From Chlorokybus atmophyticus (lineage: Eukaryota > Plantae > Mesostigma and Chlorokybus algae), in contig RHPI01001507.1 of assembly GCA_009103225.1 (NCBI GenBank), forward strand, positions 124,001 through 188,000: a stretch of 64,000 bases of DNA, in the 5' to 3' direction. The notes under the pieces are model-generated. The model worked only from the letters and a program-made list of their open reading frames with translations. It was not told the origin of the DNA and searched no databases. Below are positions 1 to 9,203 of the stretch, piece by piece. A program made the position numbers and the translations under genes. Position 1 is the stretch's first letter; the number at the start of each line of letters is the position of its first letter.

Positions 1-656
1 GGCCAAATATCGTGATTTTCATAGCCTTTAGGCCTTACTTGTGACGTATCATGTTTTTCATGACTGGTGGCGGATATCAGCGAGTTGCGAGTCTGCCGCA
101 GATATCGACTGGCCCAGGTTCAGTCTGAAGGACGCCAGAAAACGGAGGGCCAGCCGAGAAGGGCTCGACTAGATTTCTGGAAGGGCCTGCCGCCAAGGAG
201 TATAACTTGACCATATGAGCAGCAAATGCGGAGATATTTGGTGCGCCGTAAGGGTCTAGAAGTGTACTACAAGATTCTGCATGAATATCTTGATATCTAC
301 TTCCACCTAGCGCTAAAATTGTCTAAACAATAGGATGTGCAGACTGGTCGGTATAAAAGTGACATTTTACAAGTTGCAATAGAACCTTTGGCTCCCTAGT
401 TTCTTGAGTGCAAGCTTGGTGGTGGTTAGCAGGGGTTGCTAGCGAAAGTCCACTAGTGTGTGCTTGCTTGTGTGACGATCCAAGGCGCTACACAAGTCGG
501 TGTGTAGCTTTGAGCGCATGCGCGTGCGTACTCGAGTGGCGGGGCGCGCGCTTGTGCTTGGCAAAGGGGGCAAGGTTTCGGTGTGAATACCGTGTCTTGG
601 TGAGAGGGTTGTGGATTGGACCAACTCAAAGGTGACAAGGCACGAGCACCGTTATA
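1..656 (+). mobile_element. Ty3/gypsy LTR (5' end cut by window edge; solo or 3' LTR), same family as the element at 16649-22693
   Basis: Colinear with LTR 16649-17318 over its whole length (roughly 80% by eye). Ends ...cacgagcaccgttata versus ...cacgagcaccgtcaca. No PBS follows; copia coding sequence resumes directly at 657. Confidence 0.9.
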
Positions 657-2366
657 GGCAGCATGCATTGTCTGTGACAACCATTGCATCGGCTACAGCT
701 CATCTTTGGCATCGAAGATTGGGACATCTGGGGTGGGACAACTTGGCAAGACTGTTGCCGAGGACATGGTCGAAGGGATTGGCATTAAAGAGAACGACAT
801 AAAGGCAACAAAAGGTGATCTGTGCAAGACGTGCGAGACTGTGGATGTGCGAGAATTTGGACGAGCACATCTTCGTGCAGCAGCCCCCAGGGTACGAGGA
901 GGGAGACTCAGGCAAGGCTACTCGGTGCACAAAGCGTTATATGGGCTTAGGCAAGCGCCACGAGTTTGGCACATTCAGCTTAGCAAGGAGCTGAGAAGAA
1001 TGGCGTACAACAGTCCAAATCAGACCCAGGGCTCTTCATTAGTGAAGACGGACAGGTTTAGCTATTGGTGTATATGGACGACATCGTCTTAGCATCTGCA
1101 AGCGCTTCGGCACTACAACAGATGGGTGACACTGATGTCTGCATTTAAGATTCGAGATCTTGAAGATGCACACTTGTTTCTCGGCATTGTTATTACAAGG
1201 GACAGAGTTGCAAAGACTATCAAGATCCCTCAGAAGCAAATAGTACTTGACTTGCTCAATAAGTTGAAGATACTGGATGCAAAGGGCAGGATAACACCCC
1301 TGAGTGTGGGAGTTCAGTTGATCAAGGCACGGGACACTACCTTTGTGTTGGATACAGCTATTCATCCTCATGGTGAGCTCGTTGGGAGCCTCATCTATTT
1401 GTCCAGTACTACGAGATCTGACATCGCGCAAGCCGTGGGAGTCTTGGCAAGGCATTTGTCAGCACCCACCACCGGAGCATTGAAAGGCAGCGAAAGGAGT
1501 TCTTTGTTACCTTAGAAGCACAAGACGTGGGTGTCATCTTTGGGAGAAAAAAGGACATCAAATTACATGGCTACTGTGATGCAGACTACGCCGCAGACCC
1601 CGACACGAGGAGGTCTACCACAGGTTACACTTTTTTTATGGGAGGAGGCGTGTCATTAGCTGGAATAGCCGCCTACAACCAACTATTACTGCATCCACCA
1701 CAGAAGCCGAGTACATGGCGGTTTCATCTGCAGTGAAGCAAGCACTATGGCTTCGCAAGTTGGTCACTGACCGTAGATACGCACTGCGTGGTATCACCAT
1801 CGTTGGTGACAACCAAGGCGCGCTCAAGTTGAGCATGCACCCCATCACATCTATCAGGTCGAAGCATATTGATATCATGCACCACTTGGTGAGAGAAAGA
1901 AATGCACGAGGTAAAGTGGAATTTAATTATTGCAGCACCGAGAACATGCTCGCGGACTGCATGACCAAGCCACTACCACCTACCAAGTTTCAGACAGGTT
2001 GCATGGAGCTCGGAGTTGAAGGCTAAATATGCTTGCATGGGAGTATTAAAGGTACTTTGCTAGGCGCCTTACTTAAACTTCAACAATCATCATCTTCACC
2101 TTGACAATTACATTTAACTACCGTTGTGGTAGTTACAGTCCACTATGGTCAGTTTTGACTTTAACCTTTAACTTTGACCATTGACTTTGACTTTAGCCGC
2201 TAACTTTAACTCCAACTAATGTTGATCAATGTTGACTTGTTCTAGGGTTGACTGATGTTAACTAGCACTCACTAGTGTACTAGCACTCACTGATGTGCAA
2301 CATAAGTCACTATATGTTGTGCATTCCAGTAAGATCCACTCTGCTCAACTTCTTAGCGCCACACTT
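657..2366 (+). mobile_element. Degenerate Ty1/copia remnant: GAG-pre-integrase, internally deleted integrase, RT/RNase H fragments and truncated 3' LTR
   Basis: SATAHLWHRRLGHLG (GAG-pre-integrase) is joined near 830-850 directly to RT (EHIFVQQPPGY, KALYGLRQAPR). Also GYCDADYA and SKHIDIMHHLVRER...LADCMTKPL (RNase H, stop 2026). PPT-like gcatgggag, then LTR 2044-2366 homologous to the LTRs of the copia at 23144-27733. Frameshifted. Confidence 0.9.
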
Positions 2367-2436
2367 GCACAAGTACTCATACTATGAGTACTCATAATGC
2401 ACAAGTACTCATACGGAGGACATGAGTACTCATACG
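2367..2436. repeat. Short palindromic repeat cluster: four copies of AGTACTCATA, including the perfect 14-bp palindrome TATGAGTACTCATA (2383-2396)
   Basis: Read directly from the sequence; starts where the copia LTR is truncated. Confidence 0.8.
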
Positions 2437-2986
2437 CTAAGGACGACAAGTGTGATAATTATGCATTGTACAACGGCAATGGGACTTTCGGGGATGTGAA
2501 GCACCCCGCAGAATGCGGCAAGGCCAAGGGACAGCATCAGCAGGCCAAGTGGCAGCCTTAATAGGTACTGATTGACATTGTACTGTTTTGTATGAGAGTG
2601 GTGATGCAGACTCCGAATTAGTGATTCCGTGATACGGAGAGCCGCTCAATTGAGTTAAGGACTAGCTGATTGCTTTGAGCGAGGACAACAAAGCGCGTGA
2701 GCGCATCAGAGTTGGAAGCTCAGCGAGCCTATGACTACCAACAAGGACAGCTTGCCTTGTAGCGCAGCAGATTGGATCAGGAGGAGAGAATGGTACAGCG
2801 GGCTAAACAATGCGCGAGCTCGAGATGCGTAGAGAAGCTGTAACGAAGCTGGTGTTGCACGTGCTTCTGAGTTGAATTTCTAGCCCTCTTACCCCAAAAC
2901 AGCCCTAACCAACAAGCTTGCCGCAATATTCTTACGTAAGGTCCTGAGTCTTCGGGTGCCTGCATCAAGGGCGCGCGTTTTTGATA

Positions 2987-3241
2987 GGGGGGGGGGGGGG
3001 GGGGGTGNNNNNNNNNNNNNNNNNNNNNNNNNNNNNNNNNNNNNNNNNNNNNNNNNNNNNNNNNNNNNNNNNNNNNNNNNNNNNNNNNNNNNNNNNNNNN
3101 NNNNNNNNNNNNNNNNNNNNNNNNNNNNNNNNNNNNNNNNNNNNNNNNNNNNNNNNNNNNNNNNNNNNNNNNNNNNNNNNNNNNNNNNNNNNNNNNNNNN
3201 NNNNNNNNNNNNNNNNNNNNNNNNNNNGGGGGGGGGGGGGG
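2987..3241. other. Assembly gap (N 3008-3227) flanked by poly-G
   Basis: Run of 220 N between G homopolymers. Confidence 1.
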
Positions 3242-3399
3242 AGCATTGGCGTCTAATGCTGGTGTTGCTGTCTCCTCTCTGGGTTCCTCCTCCTCTCTGG
3301 GTGAGCATTGTGCGCTAATACTTGACCACCGCTGACAGTCTCTATGCGCCGACGCAATTTCAGATAGCTAACACATGTTTTACGAATGTGTTGACGGTA

Positions 3400-3796
3400 T
3401 AGTCATCATAGCTGAGTTCTACATTGTTAGTATAGCTTCTTAGGCTTTATATAAGCAACTAGCATACTGCTAGTAGGGAGGTTCGATCAAGTGGAGATTG
3501 ACTCATTCCCCTTGTTGTGGACGGTGTGTGCGTGCTTGTGTAGTTTGCATCCGCGTCGCATGTGTGCGCGTGGGTTTTCTCTTGCTATAGCTCTTGCATG
3601 GACCTGAGTGCCCCCACTAGCTTTGAGGCGCCTACATTGCCCTTAAGGTGTGTAACCCATGGTGCGAATACTGTTGTTAATTGATTGCGAGTAGGTGCAC
3701 ATGTGATAGCGCCATTAATGCGCTCGGTTGCATCATAGCTTGTTTACCAGGCTGGTAGCTCCGGTGGGATGTTCAATTAGCACGAGCATCGTTATA
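3400..3796 (+). mobile_element. Possible degenerate solo LTR of a related Ty3 family (5' boundary not defined)
   Basis: Ends agcacgagcatcgttata, matching the conserved U5 end of the other Ty3 LTRs in the window (gcacgagcaYcgtYaca). TATA-like tatataag near 3428. The rest does not align by eye. Confidence 0.35.
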
Positions 3797-4089
3797 GAAG
3801 CACAGCAGCCTCAAGCGTGGGTGTTGGCCTTCATGGACGCTTTAAAGACAAATTAAACACTGAATGTAGTTGTGTGCTTTGTAGCTAGCATATAATGCAT
3901 CTAATTATGGTGTGTTGGTACGAATTATCGGTGTTGATTCTTTAATTATAACTCCATGCTGTGAGTGTGCATGTTTTGCTAGTGACTTACAAGGGTAAGT
4001 ATGATTGCATCAGCACAGAGGCTTGCTACCCATGGTACACAAAAACCACTTAGCCTTGCTATCTTCCTACGCATCAGCAACCCAGCTCT

Positions 4090-4850
4090 TGGTCTTTGCC
4101 ACAAGATCGACCATGGCATCATTCGGCAGTTATGTCACGTAGCAAGGCCATGTGCCTCTAGTATCGCTGGTGGTCATTAACACCCATGCGCACATCTTCG
4201 ACACCCTCTGCATTATGTGCCAAGCGAAAGTTGTGTCGATGCATGCATGCCTCACGCACCAAGTTGATGGCCGCAGGGTTGCGAATGCCTATACCACTGG
4301 CAGTCAAGATTGTCAGCCACACGTTCTTCACAACTCAAAATAGTGCGTCGATGTGCATGCGCGCACAGCTATATAAATAGTTGAAAGCAGCTGCTGGTGA
4401 GCCCTCAGGCTTCGTCTAAACAAAAACGAATGCAAATGGCCTTAAGGTATACCCGACATCACACATCAGCTATGCAGCAGCAGGGAAGTCACCTGCCTCA
4501 CACATCCTCCCCAATCTGCTGCACGACCAAATTGTCATTGTTGCAGCCTGGCATGTCTAAGTAGTCATTGGTGATGTAATCACGCTCATTACACACCACT
4601 ATTGCGCTGGTGGCATAGCAGCCTTTGTAGCCCTTGTACTTGTCCACAACTTGCAATGACGAAGCCACTGGTCGCGAGTGCAACTGAAGTGTTCCAACAA
4701 CAATGACGCATGGCCCCACAAAACCTCGTGCATTGGAGTTCCACGGTGCACTCCTCTCATTAAATTCCTATTGCACCTCTTCCATTGACCGCTCCAAAAC
4801 TCCAACTTTAGGACGATGAGGCCACCAGGCCAGTGCACATACACAGGGGT
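4090..4850 (-). pseudogene. PIF/Harbinger (DDE_Tnp_4-type) transposase relic
   Basis: Minus-strand motifs in the expected order: YVHWP; GPCVIVVGT; YKGYKGCYATSAIVVCNERDYITNDYLDMPGCNND; LMCDVGYTLRPF; FNYLYSCARMHIDALF*VVKNVW; ACMHRHNF; LLRDITAE. These correspond to the Harbinger GAIDGT / RKG / PGS.HD / GD.GY / FN..LS.AR..VE..FG.LK.RW / AC..LHNF motifs. In-frame stops present. Confidence 0.7.
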
Positions 4851-5553
4851 TATACAGTCTACCCTCTCAATAAGAACCACGTTTGTCCCCGCAGTCTTTG
4901 GTTCTTATACCGAGGGGTTCTTACCTCGAAATAAGAACAATTGTTCTTATTGAAAGGTACCTCGCCATAAGAACTTATGCGCTTATATAAAGGTAAATAC
5001 CTTTTTATAGCAAAACGCTCACTAGTTCAAGTCTGAGCTGATGCCATACACATCAACAGTTAAAACTTACACAAAAGCCTTCATAGCATAATACCACCAT
5101 GCCTTATGAGAAAATTGTAAGCTATCACATTGCATATTAATTACTTAACAACATGCGCATGCTCATGCACTAGCTGGCCCCATAGGTTGTATACTTTGCT
5201 ATGTGTGCTGCAGGAGTATACTTTTATGATGGTCTCATGTTGTTGCTGATGTCTGAAGTTAGTGCGTTACGGTGGTCTAGCATAGCTTGATGCACATAGC
5301 GGCATTGACCCCTCTCTGACCTCCCTGAATTTGCATCATTCATAGGGTGTGTAGTAGATGCAGCCGTAACAAATGCATGCCCAAAGCCTGGAGGGTTGTA
5401 TGGGTGAATGCAATAAGAGCATGCGGCATTGAAGTGTGCTGATGCAATTATACTATGCGCGATGCCGCCACATACACAATCAATATGCTCATACCACCTA
5501 TGAGGCACAGTGCAACCACTTTACCTATAGTCTCATTAGGCAACCAGCTGTAG

Positions 5554-7779
5554 CTATGCATCTCCACAAAAGTCTAGTATGCTAGTCTGTCGTAGGCGAC
5601 AAATATTGGCTATTGCCATCTTTGTAACTCTTTTGGTGCACCGCTCCACCCATGTAATGTCTGCTGCATCAAAGACCTCCGGGTTGTCTGCAACAAAAGT
5701 AGCCAACTTCTCTACGCACTGCATTGCTATGGGCACAGATACGGGCTCCGGTATTACTTCTTCAATGTCGTCATCGTCAGCACGCGCTTCATCAACATCC
5801 ACAACCACTGGCTCATGCATAGCTAACAGCTCAGCAGGGGTCAACTCAGCCTCCACCATGTTCTCGCCAGGTAGATCCACATAGTCTTCTGCTGAGAGCG
5901 GGTCATCAATGCCAAGCTTTGCAATCAGCTGATCAAACTCGACGCATTGCTCAGTTGCCGCGTCTTGAACTTGGCGAGAGGACCGTGTAAGGATGTCATC
6001 ATCACGTGTGCTGAAAAACCAAGCTATGGGCCACAGATCCGCTTTGATGAAGCAATTCTTAATAGTGGTTGCCGGCATTTCGTCCCACACGCCTGCAGAC
6101 CACAATAAGGCTTGCTTCCCAGAAGGCTTGACGTCCTTGAGCGAGGTCCCTGGATTGAGCTCCAGCACAGCAAGCAGCCATGACACCAACTGCTTCTTGT
6201 AGCGCATCTTGAATGCCGCGATGATGCCTTGGTCCATGGGCTGAATTTTTGACGTGGTGTTGGGCGGCAAGAAGACCAGCGTGATGTGCGACAACTTGGT
6301 CACCTCAAGGCCTTACAGTGTCTCATGCTGGGCACCTATCCATGACAACTAGCCGTAAGTGCATTTTATATGCAAAGATTCATCTGAAATAAGACGGCCA
6401 GCGTACCCTTTAGCTGATGGCATGAGGCATTATCCAGGAGAATGACAATGTGACGATTAGCACTCCTCATCCGGTTGTTTAGACCGCGCATATACTCTTC
6501 AAAGATGCGCATGGTCATCCATGCCTTGCAATTGCTAAACCAATGAACAAAGTTGAGGGGATTGAAGCTTTTGCCAAAAGATCGCGGTCGCTGACTCTTG
6601 TTGATGAGGAGCAGCTTTAGTTTTTCAGCGCCATCTGCATTGGCACCAAACAGGACGGTGATGCGCTGCTTTGCCTTTTTGTTGCCGCGCACTTCATCAC
6701 TCGCGAAAGCCAGGGTGCGATCAGGTGTGGCCCTGATGTACAAGGCGCCTTCGTCAATGTTGAAGGTGTTGACAGGTTCAGCGCCCAACTCTGCAGCACT
6801 TTTGGGACGGCAGCTCTCGCAAGATCTACGCCTTCCATGTCAGCGTCAGCGCCTTCGCCATGAGCTTTCTTGCATATAATTACATGCCTGCACGTGCTGA
6901 TGTCAGCGCCATTGCTGACATTGTTGTACGTGCTGATGCATATGTAAGTGCATGAACATGATCACTTGCAGGTGTTGCTGCACATGCATATGCATGTGCA
7001 AGTGCTGGTGCGCGTGCATGATAAGTTGCAGGTGCTGCTACATATGCACCAGCACGCGCACATGCACACGTGCGTATGCATGTGCGAGTGCTGGTGCGCC
7101 AGCATGATCAGTTGCAGGTGCTGCTGCACATGCAAGCATGTGCAGGTGCTGGTGCGTGTGCATGATCCATTGCAGGTGCTGCTGCACATGCATATGCATG
7201 TGTAAGTGCTGGTGCACGTGCATGATAAGTTGCAGGTGCTGCTGCACATGCATATGCATGTGCAAGTGCTGGTGCGCGTGCAATTGGCACGACATGTGCT
7301 CACCTTTTTTTGAATTTCTCAAGCCAACCATTTGACGCCTTGAATGCGTCTGCAAGAAGACCATGCTCTTGTGCTAGCTGCAGCGCCTATTCTTGTAAAA
7401 CCATGTCTGAGATTGACAACGATGCTGCTCGGGCCTATTAACACATGCACGCATGTCACCAACTTGCAAGTAGTCACACGCAACCAAGCTTACATGTATA
7501 TACCACTTTAAACCAAGTCAAGAGCGCCTGCTCAATGATCTCATACTTCACTCTACGGTTGGTCTCTTGAGATGCAGCTTGCTTATCATCAAGCTGCAAC
7601 AACCTATCTTGTTGTTGCAAAAGCTTTGTCAATGTTGAACGCAAAATGGAGAGCTTCAGCTGTTTCTTCACTTCACAAGCAAACTTGTCATGAGTTAATG
7701 CGCTGAGTTGAACTCGCAGTTGACAAATTTGCTTCTTCTGCAAGTCAGTCAACCGCGTCCGCTTCTTGAGTGATCGCAT
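5554..7779 (-). pseudogene. pogo transposase (HTH_psq + CENP-B HTH + DDE_1) with three spliceosomal introns; disabled by stops and a frameshift
   Basis: MRSLKKRTRLTDLQKKQIC; FKASNGWLEKFKKR|H..HGE; FNIDEG; KAWMT; LLDNASCH; FLPPNTTSKIQPMDQGII. Predicted GT-AG introns 7435-7503, 6888-7303 and 6336-6406 each restore the frame. In-frame stops (LQE*AL, ETL*GL) and a frameshift near 6790. Confidence 0.85.
6950..7282. repeat. ~60-bp minisatellite (about 5 copies) inside intron 2 of the pogo transposase
   Basis: Unit gcatgtgcaagtgctggtgcgcgtgcatgataagttgcaggtgctgctgcacatgcatat repeated head to tail with no unique spacers. Confidence 0.9.
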
Positions 7780-7894
7780 GCTGCCAAGAAACACAGACAA
7801 TAAGCACACACACGCGCAGCAGCGCACTGACGCAGCAACACACTGACACAACCACACAATCGCACACACACACGCCATAACGCACTGACACAGC

Positions 7895-7928
<34 letters not shown>

Positions 7929-8400
7929 CGCAAGCCACTCAAGCCGGCGCAGGCTGGCAGGCAGCGATTGATTGCACACACAACTTCTCAAGCATACCAC
8001 GCACACACACAGCTCACTCGTACTCCCTAAGCTTACCTGTCCTGCCGCTCCGCTCTCGCCAAGCCCCGCCGCCGCCGCCGCCACCAGCGTCAGCTAACCA
8101 GTGCTAGCCCTAATCAAAGTGACGAAGTGCGTGACTGAAGCGTGATGACCCTCTACATAAGAACCCTCTAGTGGGGCCACCTTCGGATCCTATAAAGAGG
8201 GTTCCTGTTCCTAACGAGAGGGCACTTTTGCCCGTGGGACATCCGTTCCCCTCGATTTTGGTTCTTATTTCGAGGATGTTCCTACTGGAGGGCACCTTAT
8301 TCGGAGGGTAGACTGTACACAGGGGAGCGCGGACCAGTCGGACGCAGCCTGTAGACCACGTCTGGTATGTGGTAGCGTGCCAGTGCCGCGACTGGTCCGA

Positions 8401-8430
8401 CGGGGCCGGACCACTGGTGGTCCGGCCCCG
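8401..8430. repeat. Perfect GC-rich inverted repeat (14-bp arms, 2-nt loop) within a GGACCA/TGGTCC-rich tract
   Basis: cggggccggaccac-tg-gtggtccggccccg. Confidence 0.9.
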
Positions 8431-8771
8431 GAGTCGGACGGCCTGGTCCGATTGACCGTACCAGGGCTAGTCGCCTACGACTCAGTGAAGCACTGGCGCA
8501 GCACGCGGTTCAATTGTTGGAACCAGGGCTGGTCGCCCCCCGCGGCCTATGCACTAGGTGACCGGCGTCAATCGTACCACGGCTGGTGGCGGTGTACCGG
8601 AGAATCTAGACTGCCGGGTAGTTGACCGTGACTTAATTCGTTCAGTTAGCCGTAGTTAGGCCGCACATGTTGCTCTGGCAGTAAGGCTGGTTACTTGATT
8701 CGGTCAGTTAGCCGTAATCAGGTCACGGTCAAGTCGCACCTTGCTCATTTGCTCCGCTAAGTATCTGGCTA

Positions 8772-9203
8772 CAGTCTAACCTCAATAAGTGCATATTTGA
8801 TTAGTGCATATATTCGGGCGCGTTTAGTGCATACATTCGGCCATCACCGACGTCTTCAGGGGGAAGACTTGTGCGGTAAGAGCATATGCATTTATCGATA
8901 AGTGCATACCTTGAGATGCCTAACCTTTAGTGTGTCTATGCACTTATTAAGATGAATTACGCTTTAAGTTACAGGTAGGTTATGAATACAGTGTACTATA
9001 TTTACGGTCGTACACGTAATGACGTAACTCAGGATTGGGTTTACTCCATAAGTGCATAGGTTATGCATTTATGCCAAGCCTAAGTGCATAATAAATGCAC
9101 ATAAAGCGGGTGCATATGTTATACACTTAACGAGAATGCATAAACGCGATAAGTGCATACATAAGCCCGTTCCCGATGGTATGCACTTATTGAGGTTAGA
9201 CTG
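8772..9203 (+). mobile_element. pogo-type MITE, copy 1 (432 bp)
   Basis: Perfect 24-bp TIRs cagtctaacctcaataagtgcata; TA on both flanks (8770-8771, 9204-9205); non-coding; internal aagtgcata/tatgcactt repeats. Confidence 0.95.

Larger units (their letters stand above)
4855..8315 (-). mobile_element. pogo/Tigger-type (Tc1/mariner superfamily) DNA transposon, full length but defective
   Basis: 20-bp TIRs cagtctaccctc(tc/cg)aataag, 18/20 identical (4855-4874 and 8296-8315). TA duplication at 4853-4854 and 8316-8317. Internal transposase on the minus strand. Confidence 0.92.

Noticed and set aside
2889-3318. ORFs spanning poly-G and N
   Set aside because: Artefacts of the assembly gap.
6950-7282. 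Regular repeat array, considered as CRISPR-like or as a His/Cys-rich protein (several ORFs in the track)
   Set aside because: The units are contiguous with no unique spacers, no cas genes are present, and the array lies inside a predicted intron. The ORFs are by-products of the repeat.
4840-8325. 10-bp direct repeat tacacagggg on both sides of the pogo element, considered as a long TSD
   Set aside because: The left copy is offset by 5 bp from the TIR, and a canonical TA duplication is present. It is a pre-existing local repeat at the target.
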